Positions 26,981 through 38,295 of a stretch of DNA of 64,000 nt are shown here, piece after piece. The stretch lies in NCBI GenBank assembly GCA_963663225.1, contig OY760142.1, positions 960,001 to 1,024,000 on the forward strand, read 5' to 3'. The DNA is from Nitrospirota bacterium. Its GTDB lineage: Bacteria > Nitrospirota > UBA9217. Both the position numbers and the translations under genes were made by a program. How positions within the stretch are numbered: position 1 is the first letter of the stretch; the number at the start of each line of letters is the position of its first letter. The notes beneath the pieces are model-generated. The model ran no database searches. It was not told the origin of the DNA and saw only the letters and a list, made by a program, of their open reading frames with translations.

Positions 26981-28186
26981 TTGAAACAAAATATAAAAAA
27001 AATCGTAGTCGCCTATTCCGGCGGCCTTGACACTTCAGTCATCATTACCTGGCTAAAAGAGGAGTATGGGTGCGAAGTCATCGCCTTTACCGCCGACGTG
27101 GGCCAGGGAGAAGAGCTCGAACCGCTCCGCGAGAAAGCCATCAAGACCGGCGCAAGCAAGATTTACATCGATGATTTGCGCGAAGAGTTTGTGAGGGATT
27201 TCGTGTTTCCCATGCTGCGGGCAAACGCCGTGTATGAAGGCCGGTACTTTCTCGGAACATCCATTGCCCGTCCCTTGATCGCAAAACGGCAGATCGAAAT
27301 TGCCGAGCAGGAAGGGGCCGATGCCGTATGCCATGGAGCGACCGGCAAGGGAAATGACCAGGTCCGTTTCGAACTCACCTACTTTGCGCTCAAGCCGGAC
27401 GTCAAGATCGTAGCCCCCTGGCGCGAGTGGAGCATGAAAGGCCGTGAAGACCTGTTCGCCTATGCTGAAAAACGCAAAATTCCCGTGACGGCAACCAAGT
27501 CCAAACCGTTTTCCACCGACCGCAACCTTCTGCATATCAGCTATGAAGGCGGAATTCTGGAAGACCCGTGGAAAGAATCAACCGAGGACATGTACACGCT
27601 GGCCGTGCCGGTTGAAAAGGCGCCCGACAAACCGGAGTATGTCGAAGTTGAATATGAGGCCGGAAACCCGGTGGCAATCAATAAGAAAAAACTTTCTCCG
27701 GCCGTGCTCCTGGCAGAAGCAAACCGGATTGCCGGCAGCCATGGGGTCGGCAGGGTTGATCTCGTGGAAAACCGTTTCGTGGGAATGAAATCCCGGGGCG
27801 TCTACGAAACCCCGGGCGGCACGCTCCTGCACGCGGCCCATCGGGCCGTGGAGTCCATCACCATGGACCGGGAAGTGATGCACCTCCGGGACGGCTTGAT
27901 GCCGAACTATGCTGAACTGGTTTACTACGGATACTGGTTCTCGCCCGACCGCGTCATGCTGCAGGCGGCGATAGATGAATCACAGAAAAACGTGACCGGC
28001 ACCGCCCGGCTGAAACTCTACAAAGGCAACTGCGAAACCGTGGGTAGAAAATCCCCGGTGTCGCTCTACAATCCGGAACTTGCCACCTTCGAAGCCGAGA
28101 CGGTTTATAACCAAAAGGACGCGGAAGGTTTCATCCGCTTGAATGCTCTGCGACTGAGAGTAGCAAAAAGAAGAGGGCCCTGCTGA
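26981..28186 (+). CDS. argG: Argininosuccinate synthase
   Basis: [31 protein letters not shown]. Confidence 0.97.
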   Translation: MKQNIKKIVVAYSGGLDTSVIITWLKEEYGCEVIAFTADVGQGEELEPLREKAIKTGASKIYIDDLREEFVRDFVFPMLRANAVYEGRYFLGTSIARPLIAKRQIEIAEQEGADAVCHGATGKGNDQVRFELTYFALKPDVKIVAPWREWSMKGREDLFAYAEKRKIPVTATKSKPFSTDRNLLHISYEGGILEDPWKESTEDMYTLAVPVEKAPDKPEYVEVEYEAGNPVAINKKKLSPAVLLAEANRIAGSHGVGRVDLVENRFVGMKSRGVYETPGGTLLHAAHRAVESITMDREVMHLRDGLMPNYAELVYYGYWFSPDRVMLQAAIDESQKNVTGTARLKLYKGNCETVGRKSPVSLYNPELATFEAETVYNQKDAEGFIRLNALRLRVAKRRGPC

Positions 28187-28276
28187 AAAAACGAAACAGC
28201 GACAATCATTGCGCTTCATGCATCATGATTGTCAGCTGTAATTTTTTCTCAATTGTTTAATCTGGTCAACCATTGT

Positions 28277-29713
28277 ATGAACACTGCGAAAAAAAATACA
28301 CCATCGAAAAGAAGAGGAAAAGCAAGGACGGCTGCCGCCGCGCCCAAGCCATGGGCCGGCAGATTCACGGAAGCCACGAACAAACTCGTGGAAGAGTTCA
28401 CTGCTTCCATTCCGTATGACTGGCGGCTTTATCCCTATGATATCGCAGGCAGCATAGCCCATGCGACCATGCTGGCAAAGACCGGCATTATTACCAAGAA
28501 GGAAGCCGCCAGAATTGTGCGCGGGCTGGAGGATATTCTCAAGGAAATTGCCGGCGGTGTTTTTAAGTTTCGTCTGGAGCTTGAAGACATCCACATGAAC
28601 ATCGAAAGCCGCCTGATGCGCAAAATCGGCCCCGTCGGCGGCAAGCTGCACACCGCGCGGAGCAGAAACGACCAGGTTGCACTCGATCTCCGCATGTATG
28701 TGCGGGACGAAATCGCCGAACTGCATGACCTGCTCGGCTCAATGCAAAAAACCCTGGTGTCGCTCGCAGACCGGCATTCCGAGGTGGTCCTTCCGGGTTA
28801 CACGCATCTGCAGCGCGCACAGCCCGTGCTTTTCGGCCATCATCTGCTCGCGTATTACGAGATGTTCGAGCGGGACAGAGGCCGTCTTACCGACTGCTTC
28901 AGGCGCGTGAACGTCCTGCCGCTGGGTGCGGGTGCCCTTGCCGGAACCGTGCTTCCCATCGACCGGCTTTTTGTGGCCAAACAGCTCGCATTCAGCGGGA
29001 TCGCGGAAAACAGCATGGACGCGGTGTCCGACCGCGATTTTGCCATCGAATTTACTGCTGCCTGCGCCCAGATTATGATGCATTTGTCACGGCTTTCAGA
29101 GGAACTTGTCCTGTGGTCGACGTCCGAGTTTCAGTTTATTACCATTTCGGATGCGTTCACCACCGGTTCTTCCATCATGCCTCAGAAAAAGAATCCCGAT
29201 GTGGCAGAGCTTGCCCGCGGCAAAACCGGGCGAGTATACGGCAGCCTTGTGGCGCTTTTGACGATCATGAAAGGCCTGCCGCTCGCGTACAACCGCGACA
29301 TGCAGGAGGACAAGGAGCCCCTTTTTGACGCCGCGGATACGGTGAAGCAGTCGCTTTCCGTGTTTATCGATATGCTGAAAAGCATCACGGTGCACAAAGA
29401 CGCAATGCAAAGGGCCGCTGACGACGGCTTTATTACCGCCACAGACCTTGCCGACTATCTGGTGCGGAAAGGTCTTCCCTTCAGGCAGGCGCATGAAGTC
29501 GTGGGCAAGGCGGTTCTCCGCGCCCTTGAACAGGGGTGCGGCCTTTCGACCCTGCCGCTCAGGGAATATAAACATCTTTCATCCCTGATCAATAAAGACG
29601 TATACGATGCGCTGTCCCTAGAAGCCTCTGTGGGCAGACGTATTTCACAGGGAGGCACCGCTCCAACAAACCTGCGCAAGCGCCTCTTCGCGCTCAAGAA
29701 AAAGATGCGATGA
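28277..29713 (+). CDS. argH: Argininosuccinate lyase
   Basis: [33 protein letters not shown]; start taken as MNTAK. Confidence 0.97.
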   Translation: MNTAKKNTPSKRRGKARTAAAAPKPWAGRFTEATNKLVEEFTASIPYDWRLYPYDIAGSIAHATMLAKTGIITKKEAARIVRGLEDILKEIAGGVFKFRLELEDIHMNIESRLMRKIGPVGGKLHTARSRNDQVALDLRMYVRDEIAELHDLLGSMQKTLVSLADRHSEVVLPGYTHLQRAQPVLFGHHLLAYYEMFERDRGRLTDCFRRVNVLPLGAGALAGTVLPIDRLFVAKQLAFSGIAENSMDAVSDRDFAIEFTAACAQIMMHLSRLSEELVLWSTSEFQFITISDAFTTGSSIMPQKKNPDVAELARGKTGRVYGSLVALLTIMKGLPLAYNRDMQEDKEPLFDAADTVKQSLSVFIDMLKSITVHKDAMQRAADDGFITATDLADYLVRKGLPFRQAHEVVGKAVLRALEQGCGLSTLPLREYKHLSSLINKDVYDALSLEASVGRRISQGGTAPTNLRKRLFALKKKMR

Positions 29714-30804
29714 CCATGCATACACGATCTTTGACCGCGGCTTTCGTGCTGCTCGTTCTGACGATTACCGGCGCCTGCGGATGGAAAACCCAGCCTCTTG
29801 TTCCTGAAAGCCCGAGACCCGAGATGATACGGGACATAAAAGCCGTTACCAGGGACACCACTGCTTTTCTTTCGTGGCCTGTGCCGGTCCGAAATGTTGA
29901 AGGCAAAAGCATGGGGCCGGCCGATACCCGAGAATTTCGCATAGAGCGCGCCGTAATCAGGCAAGACCAGAAAACACCGCGATATCGCCGTTATGCCGAC
30001 ATCGACATGGCGAACCCCATGCCCGCTGTTGTCCGGAACGGCATGGTGTTCTGGAATGATGCCGATCTCAAGTACAATCAGATGTATGGATACCGGATAC
30101 GGACGATAAGCACGCGGGGCGGAATAAGCGCCTGGTCGCCGGACGTGCGGATCGCCCCTCTGTTGTCGCTTGCCATACCAAAAGGTCTTATTGCGCAGGG
30201 AGGAGAGAACACCACGACGCTTTCCTGGGATCCGGTGGCCACAAGGATGGACGGCAGTCAATATGACGGCTTTGTCGGATACAATGTGTACCGGGCCGCT
30301 GAAAAAAGCAAATACGATGAAACTCCGTTGAACAAGGAACCGGTCAGAACAAACGCATACAACGACACCACGGTCGAGAATGACAAAACATATTATTACC
30401 GGGTGCGCTCTGTAGACAGCCCGACGCCTCCCTTGCATGAAAGCCCGGACTCGAACGAGGCGTCCGCAACACCGAGGAAATCGACGCCTCCTGCAAGGCC
30501 GGCCGGGCTCACCGCTGTTCCGGGCATAGCGCGGGTTTTTCTTACCTGGAGTGAAAATACGGAACCGGATCTTGCGGGTTACTACGTCTACCGGTCCGGC
30601 AGCAGCGGAAGAGACTACGTCCGTTTGACCGCGGAACTTCTTAACCAGACGACCTTTTCCGATGAAACAGCAAAAGCGGGTTCCACGTATTTTTATGTTA
30701 TCACCGCAGTAGATAAATCGGGCAATGAAAGCGCCCGATCGCAGGAAAAAAAGGCTTTTGTCGAGGATTTGAAGCAAAAATTCAACAAAAAGCAAACGCC
30801 ATAG
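29710..30804 (+). CDS. Lipoprotein with fibronectin type III repeats
   Basis: Lipobox TGA-C then GWKTQPLVP; FN3 patterns LSW...GYNVYR...YYYRVRSVD and LTW...GYYVYR...YFYVITAVD. Confidence 0.8.
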   Translation: MTMHTRSLTAAFVLLVLTITGACGWKTQPLVPESPRPEMIRDIKAVTRDTTAFLSWPVPVRNVEGKSMGPADTREFRIERAVIRQDQKTPRYRRYADIDMANPMPAVVRNGMVFWNDADLKYNQMYGYRIRTISTRGGISAWSPDVRIAPLLSLAIPKGLIAQGGENTTTLSWDPVATRMDGSQYDGFVGYNVYRAAEKSKYDETPLNKEPVRTNAYNDTTVENDKTYYYRVRSVDSPTPPLHESPDSNEASATPRKSTPPARPAGLTAVPGIARVFLTWSENTEPDLAGYYVYRSGSSGRDYVRLTAELLNQTTFSDETAKAGSTYFYVITAVDKSGNESARSQEKKAFVEDLKQKFNKKQTP

Positions 30805-30864
30805 CGGCGGGAAAAATTGTTTTTCTATTCCCAGGTTCGCAGCACGTTCCGGAGAGGATAAACC

Positions 30865-32130
30865 ATGCACGATTTTCAATACAGAAATGGCGAGTTGTAT
30901 TGTGAAGACGTATCCGTCAGAAGCGTCGCCCAGCGGGTCGGCACGCCGTTTTATCTGTACAGCAGCCGCACGCTCGTGAACCATTTTCGCGCTTTCGACA
31001 ATGCGTTTGCAGGCGTCCCCCATCTCATTTGTTTCGCACTGAAAGCCAACTCGAACAGCGCCGTACTCAGACTTCTCAGCTGCGAAGGCGCGGGAGCGGA
31101 CATGGTCTCCGGCGGTGAACTGTTTCGCGCCCTTCGGGCAGGCATCGACCCTCACAAAATCGTTTTTGCCGGAGTTGGAAAACGCCGGGATGAAATAGAA
31201 TACGCCCTCAAAGTGGGCATCCTGATGTTTAACGTGGAATCAGGCGAAGAGCTGCATGCAATCGATCAGGCGGCAAAAGACATGCACGCGGTTGCGCGTA
31301 TTGCGCTCCGGGTGAACCCGAACATCGACCCGAAAACACATCCCTATATTTCCACCGGCCTCAAGGAGAATAAATTCGGGATCCCCATCGAGCACGCGCT
31401 TGAATACTATCAAGCCGCGAAAAAGCTGTCGAACATCGAAGTCATCGGCGTGCATCAGCATATTGGCTCCCAAATCACCGAGGTGCAGCCCTTTGTGGAC
31501 GCCCTGGAAAAACTTGTCGAGTTTGTAAAAGACCTTCGGTCTGCCGGCATGAATATTCAATACATCAACATCGGGGGCGGATTGGGCATCACCTATAAGG
31601 ATGAAACTCCACCCCTCCCAAGCGATGTGGCAAAGGCGGTACGGCCCCTGCTCAGCGGCTCGGGATGCACCATTGTCATGGAACCGGGAAGAGCGATCGT
31701 GGGCAACGCGGGCATACTCGTAACCAGCGCTCTCTACCGCAAGGACGGCGATAAAAAGCGCTTCCTCATCGTTGATGCCGGCATGAATGATTTGATCCGC
31801 CCCAGCCTGTATGAAGCGTATCATGACATCCGTCCGGTGGCCGAATCCGCTGGTGACACGGCGTTGCTGACGACCGAGGTCGTCGGCCCCATCTGTGAAT
31901 CAGGCGACTTTCTTGCAAAAGACCGTCCCATGGCGGATATTCAGCCGGGAGACCTGCTTGCGGTCATGGGCGCCGGCGCCTATGGTTTCTCCATGTCGTC
32001 CAACTATAATTCGCGCCTTCGCATACCGGAAGTGATGGTCAAGGGCAGCGAATATTATGTCGTCCGGGAACGGGAAACCTACAATGATCTTATTAAAGGG
32101 GAAAAAGTCCCGCGATGGCTGGCAGGTTAG
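30865..32130 (+). CDS. lysA: Diaminopimelate decarboxylase
   Basis: FALKANS, HIGSQ, EPGR, GPICESGD, SNYNSR. Confidence 0.97.
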   Translation: MHDFQYRNGELYCEDVSVRSVAQRVGTPFYLYSSRTLVNHFRAFDNAFAGVPHLICFALKANSNSAVLRLLSCEGAGADMVSGGELFRALRAGIDPHKIVFAGVGKRRDEIEYALKVGILMFNVESGEELHAIDQAAKDMHAVARIALRVNPNIDPKTHPYISTGLKENKFGIPIEHALEYYQAAKKLSNIEVIGVHQHIGSQITEVQPFVDALEKLVEFVKDLRSAGMNIQYINIGGGLGITYKDETPPLPSDVAKAVRPLLSGSGCTIVMEPGRAIVGNAGILVTSALYRKDGDKKRFLIVDAGMNDLIRPSLYEAYHDIRPVAESAGDTALLTTEVVGPICESGDFLAKDRPMADIQPGDLLAVMGAGAYGFSMSSNYNSRLRIPEVMVKGSEYYVVRERETYNDLIKGEKVPRWLAG

Positions 32131-32172
32131 TGCGCATGCCCTGGCAAGGAAACCCCTGAGAGGAAGTGCCCT

Positions 32173-32994
32173 ATGCGACAGCTGAAGAAAATACCGTTTT
32201 ATAAAATGCAGGGAAGCGGCAATGACTTTATTCTGATCGACAATCGCAGCGGTGTTCTGAAAGGCAAAAATCTCAAAAAAGTAGCTTTGAGCGTCTGCAA
32301 TCGGCATTATTCAGTGGGCGCCGACGGGCTGATCGTGATTGCTCCGTCGCGGAAGTTTAACTTCAAGTGGCACTTCTTCAACGCGGACGGCAGCGAGGCG
32401 GAAATGTGCGGCAACGGTTCACGGTGCGCTGCGCGATTTGCCTATATAAAAAAAATAGCCCCGAAAAAAATGACGTTCGAGACATTGGCAGGCCCCATTT
32501 GGGCGCAGGTCAGAGACAGCCGGGTAAAAGTACAGCTTACGGACGCCTTCGGACTGCGTATGAATATTGCCGTTCCGCTCGAGGGCGGTTTGCGCATGGG
32601 TCATTTTATCAATACCGGAGTTCCGCATCTCGTTTATTTTTCAAAAGACATTGACCAGGAAGACGTGGACCGCATCGGCCGTGCGACAAGATACCATGCA
32701 CTTTTCAAACCGGCGGGCACCAATGTCAACTTCATTCAAGTCCTTAGCCCGCGTAAACTCAGAATCAGAACCTATGAACGCGGTGTGGAGGGTGAGACCT
32801 TGGCATGCGGGACGGGTTCTGTTGCCGCCGCACTTATAGCAGGCTCCATCAAGGCAGTCTCTTCACCGGTTGAGGTTATAACGAAAAGCGGTGAAAAACT
32901 GACCGTTTCCTATGAGCGAACACCGTCGGAATTCAGGGAAATATTCCTCGAAGGGGAAGCAGAAATAATATGCGAAGGGCTATTGTACTGCTGA
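32173..32994 (+). CDS. dapF: Diaminopimelate epimerase
   Basis: GSGNDF, AEMCGNG, ERGVEGETLACGTG. Confidence 0.96.
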   Translation: MRQLKKIPFYKMQGSGNDFILIDNRSGVLKGKNLKKVALSVCNRHYSVGADGLIVIAPSRKFNFKWHFFNADGSEAEMCGNGSRCAARFAYIKKIAPKKMTFETLAGPIWAQVRDSRVKVQLTDAFGLRMNIAVPLEGGLRMGHFINTGVPHLVYFSKDIDQEDVDRIGRATRYHALFKPAGTNVNFIQVLSPRKLRIRTYERGVEGETLACGTGSVAAALIAGSIKAVSSPVEVITKSGEKLTVSYERTPSEFREIFLEGEAEIICEGLLYC

Positions 32995-33087
32995 TAACCG
33001 TGCATTGTTTCCCGTGCATTGCAGATTGCCGGCAAGCGGTTTCGACGTTCTGAAGGTATTTATAGTACGCATTAAGAGGGGGTTGCT

Positions 33088-33960
33088 ATGTTTAAAGGGT
33101 CGATGGTTGCCATAATCACACCGTTCAAAAACGGGACCATAGATGAAAAAGCCTTCGGCGATCTGATCGAGTTCCATATCAAAAACGGCACCGACGCCAT
33201 TGTGCCTTGTGGGACATCAGGTGAGTCCGCCACGCTTTCACACGAAGAACACCACCGCGTGGTCGAGTTCACCGTCCAAACAGTAAACAAGCGGATACCT
33301 GTCGTTGCGGGAGCCGGCTCAAACAGCACCGAAGAGACGCGGGAGCTTACCCGTTTTGCAAAAAAGGCGGGCGCGGACGGTGTGCTGCTTATTACGCCGT
33401 ATTATAACAAACCAACACAGGAAGGCCTGTACCGGCACTTCAAGACGGTCGCGGAATCCACGGAAATTCCCATTATTCTTTACAATGTGCCCGGCCGGAC
33501 AGGAGTGAACATGCTGCCGGAAACCGTGGCGCGTCTTCGCGAAATTGCAAATATCGTCGGCATCAAAGAGGCCACCGGCGATTTGAAGCAGATAAGCGAG
33601 GTGCTCCGGCTGTGCGGCAGGGATTTTGATGTGATCTCGGGGGACGACTTCACCAATCTTCCCGTTCTTTCCATTGGAGGCGTCGGGTCCATTTCCGTCA
33701 CGGCGAATGTGGCGCCAGCCGATTGCGCGGCCTTGTTTGACGCATTTTTTGCCGGGGACCTCGAGAAAGCCCTTCAGCTTCATTATAAACTGGAACCGCT
33801 GCACAGTGCCATGTTTATCGAAACAAATCCGATTCCGGCGAAGACGGCTCTCGTGCTTATGGGAAAAGTTGCAGAAGAGTTCCGCCTGCCCCTCTGTCCC
33901 ATGGCTGATGCGAACAAACTAAAACTGAAAAAAGCATTACAGGATTACAAACTGATCTGA
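33088..33960 (+). CDS. dapA: 4-hydroxy-tetrahydrodipicolinate synthase
   Basis: GTSGES, YNVPGRT, GIKEA, SGDD, ETNPIP. Confidence 0.97.
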   Translation: MFKGSMVAIITPFKNGTIDEKAFGDLIEFHIKNGTDAIVPCGTSGESATLSHEEHHRVVEFTVQTVNKRIPVVAGAGSNSTEETRELTRFAKKAGADGVLLITPYYNKPTQEGLYRHFKTVAESTEIPIILYNVPGRTGVNMLPETVARLREIANIVGIKEATGDLKQISEVLRLCGRDFDVISGDDFTNLPVLSIGGVGSISVTANVAPADCAALFDAFFAGDLEKALQLHYKLEPLHSAMFIETNPIPAKTALVLMGKVAEEFRLPLCPMADANKLKLKKALQDYKLI

Positions 33961-34099
33961 GCAGCGCCATACTCCGCAGAGAGAAAATGTTCGCAGGCAG
34001 GAACAATGCCCGGAAGAATTGACAATCAACAATTCTTTCCCGCGAACCGTTCCAGCAATGGAACCTCATATCCTCCCTGCGGCTAACCAGGAGTGCATT

Positions 34100-34909
34100 A
34101 TGATTAACGCTGTCGTAACGGGAGCGGCAGGCAGAATGGGTCTGCGGATCATCAATCTTCTCTCGACGGAAGAAGACATCCGCCTTTCTGCCGCACTAGA
34201 ACGAAGCGGCCATCCGCTCATTGGTCAGGATGTTTTTCCTCTGGCGGGCCTTCCGGCCGGCAAACAACCTGCACCCATCGTTGACGATCTTGCAGCCGCC
34301 CTTAAAGACGGAGATGTTCTCATTGATTTCACCCAACCCGCCCCTAGTCTTGCCAGCATAAGAGCCTGCGCGGAGCAGGGCAAGCCGATCGTGGTGGGCA
34401 CCACCGGCTTTTCGCCGGAGCACCTTGCGGAAATCGAACGGCATGCACGCAAAATCCCCTGTATACTTTCACCCAACATGAGCATCGGCGTCAATCTTTG
34501 TTTCAGAATTTTGGCCGAAATTGCAGCAACCATCGGCAACGACTATGACATGGAAATCATAGAAGCCCACCACAATCTGAAAAAAGACGCTCCTTCGGGC
34601 ACCGCCATGAAGATGGCGCATATTATCGCCCAGGCTGTGAACCGCGACCTGGGAAAAACCGCAGTGTATGCCCGCAGAGGCATGATCGGTGAACGCTCCA
34701 AACAGGAGATCGGCATTCAAACGGTGCGCGCCGGAGATATTGTCGGTGAACACACCGTCATGTTTGCGGGCACGGGAGAGCGAATTGAGATCACGCACCG
34801 TGCGCACAGCAGGGACACGTTTGCCGCAGGCGCTATTCGCGCGGCAAAATGGATTGTAAATAAAAAACCCGGCATATATGATATGCAGGATGTGCTGGGA
34901 CTGAAATAA
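34100..34909 (+). CDS. dapB: 4-hydroxy-tetrahydrodipicolinate reductase
   Basis: GAAGRMG, GTTG, EAHHNLKKDAPSGTA; AGGAG RBS before ATG 34100. Confidence 0.96.
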   Translation: MINAVVTGAAGRMGLRIINLLSTEEDIRLSAALERSGHPLIGQDVFPLAGLPAGKQPAPIVDDLAAALKDGDVLIDFTQPAPSLASIRACAEQGKPIVVGTTGFSPEHLAEIERHARKIPCILSPNMSIGVNLCFRILAEIAATIGNDYDMEIIEAHHNLKKDAPSGTAMKMAHIIAQAVNRDLGKTAVYARRGMIGERSKQEIGIQTVRAGDIVGEHTVMFAGTGERIEITHRAHSRDTFAAGAIRAAKWIVNKKPGIYDMQDVLGLK

Positions 34910-34947
34910 TGCTTTCCGATGTGTAATCCCCTCTAAAGGAGTTTTCC

Positions 34948-35679
34948 ATGAAGAATGTTGTTTGTTTGCTTACTGGTTTTTTATTGTTCATCCTTCCTGT
35001 GTCGGCGCATGCATTTAAGATGAAGGAAGGGCAGGACTGTCTGAAATGCCATAAATTAAAAAAGTCCGAGGCACAGGATATTGTTGATCGCGTTGTGCCG
35101 AACGGCAAAGTTCTTGATATCAAGGCCTCGCCGCTCAAAGGGGCGTGGCAAATCGAAGTCCAGAAGGAAGCACAGCACGGCATTGTGCTTCTTGATTTTT
35201 CGAAAAAGTACCTGATCGGCGGCCTCAGTCCCGTGCCGAAAAAAGTGGCCTTCTCTAAAATTCCGCTTTCGGACGCCATTGTGTTGGGCGCCGCGACGGC
35301 GAAGAAAAAGGTCATTGTTTTCACGGATCCGGACTGTCCGTACTGCCGCGAACTGCATCCGGTGATGAAGCGCATTGTCGAAAAGCATGCCGACATAGCG
35401 TTCTATCTGATCCTGAATCCTCTGCCGATGCACAAGGATGCATACAAAAAGGCCCAGGCTATATTGTGCTCAAAATCAATTCCCATACTCGATGATGCAT
35501 TCAGCGGTAAACCGGTGCCAGAGCCGTCTTGTCCTGCAGATGCGGTCGAACGGACCACGGCCCTGGCGAAATCCTACGACTTTACCGGAACACCGCTCTT
35601 AGTGCGGCAGGACGGACTTGTGCTTCCGGGGTATCTTCCGGAAGAAAAACTGTTGGATTGGATTAACACGGGCAAATAA
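34948..35679 (+). CDS. dsbC: DsbC-family periplasmic thiol:disulfide isomerase
   Basis: Signal peptide, FTDPDCPYC, GTP cis-Pro loop, PGY; extra N-terminal CLKCH. Confidence 0.82.
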   Translation: MKNVVCLLTGFLLFILPVSAHAFKMKEGQDCLKCHKLKKSEAQDIVDRVVPNGKVLDIKASPLKGAWQIEVQKEAQHGIVLLDFSKKYLIGGLSPVPKKVAFSKIPLSDAIVLGAATAKKKVIVFTDPDCPYCRELHPVMKRIVEKHADIAFYLILNPLPMHKDAYKKAQAILCSKSIPILDDAFSGKPVPEPSCPADAVERTTALAKSYDFTGTPLLVRQDGLVLPGYLPEEKLLDWINTGK

Positions 35680-35723
35680 CATTTGTTTTGAGGATTCAAA
35701 GAATTCATAAGGAGGTTTTATTC

Positions 35724-36974
35724 GTGTCAGGAACAACGGAGAAAGAAACATATATTCAAGCGCTGTTTGCGGATCGCCTCGGAGGTGCGCTGTTCGGCAA
35801 AGAGCAGAAAATCTATAAATTTGAAAAAATCAAACGCGCCAAGCGGGCCGCACTTGCCGCGCATCCCGGCATGGAACTGATCGATTTTGGGGTGGGAGAA
35901 CCTGATGAGATGGCGTTTCCGGGTATAGTCAGGGCTCTTCAGCAGGAAACAGAAAGACCCCAGAACCGGGGCTACGCAGACAACGGTATCCAGGAGTTCA
36001 AGGATGCCGCCGCGCGCTATCTTCAAAACGTCTACGGCATTACCGGACTCAACCCGGAAACCGAAGTGCTGCATTGCATCGGGAGCAAACCGGCGCTTGC
36101 AATGTTTCCGGCAGTATTCATTAATCCCGGCGATATCACGCTGATGACGGTTCCGGGATACCCCATTATGGGGACACATACCCGCTGGTACGGGGGAGAC
36201 GTGGTTAATCTGCCGCTTCTCGAACAAAATGGTTTTCTTCCCGATTTCGAAGCACTCTCTGATGACGTGAAAAAACGCGCAAAGCTCCTCTATATCAATT
36301 ACCCGAACAATCCAACCGGTGCAGGCGCGACCAGGGCTTTTTTTGAAACCGTGGTGGCTTTCGCAAAAGCAAACAACATTGTAGTAGTTCACGACGCTGC
36401 ATATGCCGCGCTGGCCTATGGATCAAAGCCGCTTTCATTTCTTTCCGTAGCCAGCGCAAAAGATGTGGGAGTAGAAATTCACTCTTTGTCGAAGGCGTAT
36501 AATATGACCGGCTGGCGTCTGGGTTTTGTTGCGGGAAACGAACGCGTCATTGCGGGTTATGGAAACGTCAAGGACAATTACGACTCAGGGCAGTTCAAGG
36601 CAATCCAGATGGCGGGCGTGCACGCTCTGGACCATCCTGAGATAACGTCCGAAATCACCGCAAAATACGAGCGCAGACTGCAAGCCATGGTTTCCGTCCT
36701 TGCAGGAATGGGGTTCAACGCCAAGATGCCTGCGGGCACTTTCTATCTGTATGTCAAAATGCCGAAAGGCATCAAAAACGGCAGACGGTTTTCAAATGCG
36801 GAGGAATTTTCCGAATTTCTTATTTCGGAGAAACTCATCAGCACCGTGCCGTGGGACGATGCGGGATCGTATGTCCGCTTCTCCGCTACGTTTGTGTCGA
36901 ATGGCAGAAAAGATGAGCAACGAGTGCTCGACGAATTCGGGAAAAGAATGAGCGGCCTTCAATTTGAGTTTTAA
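35724..36974 (+). CDS. dapL: LL-diaminopimelate aminotransferase
   Basis: Class I PLP enzyme (NYPNNPTG, DAAY, SLSKAYNMTGWR), IYKFEKIK N-terminus, dap operon context; GTG start after AAGGAGG. Confidence 0.85.
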   Translation: MSGTTEKETYIQALFADRLGGALFGKEQKIYKFEKIKRAKRAALAAHPGMELIDFGVGEPDEMAFPGIVRALQQETERPQNRGYADNGIQEFKDAAARYLQNVYGITGLNPETEVLHCIGSKPALAMFPAVFINPGDITLMTVPGYPIMGTHTRWYGGDVVNLPLLEQNGFLPDFEALSDDVKKRAKLLYINYPNNPTGAGATRAFFETVVAFAKANNIVVVHDAAYAALAYGSKPLSFLSVASAKDVGVEIHSLSKAYNMTGWRLGFVAGNERVIAGYGNVKDNYDSGQFKAIQMAGVHALDHPEITSEITAKYERRLQAMVSVLAGMGFNAKMPAGTFYLYVKMPKGIKNGRRFSNAEEFSEFLISEKLISTVPWDDAGSYVRFSATFVSNGRKDEQRVLDEFGKRMSGLQFEF

Positions 36975-37038
36975 AATAGAAGCGGCGTTCCTGAAGAGGC
37001 AATGCGTCACGTGCGGAGGGCGCTGAAACGGATTTTTC

Positions 37039-37539
37039 ATGCCGACCATAGCGTATATCGGTTTAGGCTCAAATAGGGGAGATAAAGCAGGCAATTGCCT
37101 GCGGGCCCTTAATCTCTTGCGTGAAGCAGGCCGCGTAAAAAAAACTTCTTCTTTTTACGGCACCGAGCCGGTAGGCTTTCGCAACCAGGAGGATTTCATC
37201 AACGCAGTCGCGGAATTGCACACGGATCTTTCGGCCGGCCAGCTGCTTGAAGCCTGTCGTGACATTGAAAACAAGCTGGGACGCAGCAGAACACTCCGCT
37301 GGGGACCGCGGACAATCGACCTTGATATTCTGCTGTACGGAGATGTCGTGATGGAGACCTCCGATCTTACAATACCGCATCCGTTACTGGCATCCCGCAG
37401 GTTCGTGCTTGTCCCTTTGTGTGAAATCGCACCGCAGGTAGTGCATCCGGTTCTGCAAAAAACGGCGTCACGTCTGCTCGCAGAACTGGATGATCCTCAT
37501 CGTGTTGCAGCGTGCAGCTGCCGAAAAAACCATGATTAG
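37039..37539 (+). CDS. folK: 2-amino-4-hydroxy-6-hydroxymethyldihydropteridine diphosphokinase
   Basis: YIGLGSN, WGPRTIDLDIL, PHP, RRFVLVPL. Confidence 0.96.
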   Translation: MPTIAYIGLGSNRGDKAGNCLRALNLLREAGRVKKTSSFYGTEPVGFRNQEDFINAVAELHTDLSAGQLLEACRDIENKLGRSRTLRWGPRTIDLDILLYGDVVMETSDLTIPHPLLASRRFVLVPLCEIAPQVVHPVLQKTASRLLAELDDPHRVAACSCRKNHD

Positions 37540-38200
37540 AAAACCTGATGCCGTTTCTCAAGCAAAGTACATCGTAACCGAAGGACCGATCGGCGTGGGG
37601 AAAACAAGCCTTACCGGCCTGCTTGCGGAGGAACTTGGGGCCCGCTTGATTCTTGAGCGGGCGGAAGAAAACCCCTTTCTTCCCGATTTTTATCGTGAGC
37701 CGGAACGCTTTCGTTTTCAAACCCAGATGTTCTTTCTCCTGAACAGATTCATCCAGCAGCAGGAGATGAACCAGCCTGATCTGTTCACGCAGATCACCAT
37801 CAGCGATTATCTGTTCGACAAAGACCGCATCTTTGCCTATCTTAACCTCAGCGACAATGAGCTCGCACTGTACGAGCAGTTCTACAAAATACTCGAGCCC
37901 AACATCGTTCGGCCCGATCTTGTCATTTTTTTGCAGGCGGATACGGATACTCTTCTCCGGCGCATCAGGCAGCGCGCCAGATCATTTGAAAAACAGGTCA
38001 ATCAGGACTACATCGCCGCCGTAAATGAAGCTTACAACCAGTTCTTCTTTCGCTACAGCGACACCCCTCTTCTTGTCATCAACACTTCAGATATCGATTT
38101 TGTTCACCGGCGGGAAGATCTTGATGATTTGCTCAAGCAGATATTGAGCATGAAACAGGGCACGCAATATTACGTGCCGAGGTCAAAAGGAAGAAAGTAG
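37532..38200 (+). CDS. Deoxynucleoside kinase (Dck/Dgk family)
   Basis: EGPIGVGKT, NPFL..FY, PDLVIFL; overlaps folK end. Confidence 0.92.
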   Translation: MIRKPDAVSQAKYIVTEGPIGVGKTSLTGLLAEELGARLILERAEENPFLPDFYREPERFRFQTQMFFLLNRFIQQQEMNQPDLFTQITISDYLFDKDRIFAYLNLSDNELALYEQFYKILEPNIVRPDLVIFLQADTDTLLRRIRQRARSFEKQVNQDYIAAVNEAYNQFFFRYSDTPLLVINTSDIDFVHRREDLDDLLKQILSMKQGTQYYVPRSKGRK

Positions 38201-38295
38201 CAACACCTTGTGCCTGCCGTTTTTTTCAACATCGCTCCAGAACACCCTGCTTCACGCGCAACAAAAAATCTTTTGACAGACCATTCCACTCTTTT

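Noticed and set aside
29455-31155. 566-aa minus-strand ORF, and similar long antisense ORFs at 5764-6684, 6821-7897, 13346-14440, 24246-25199, 38419-39429 and 53677-54807
   Set aside because: They lie opposite well-supported genes and have no recognisable motifs; shadow ORFs expected from codon bias
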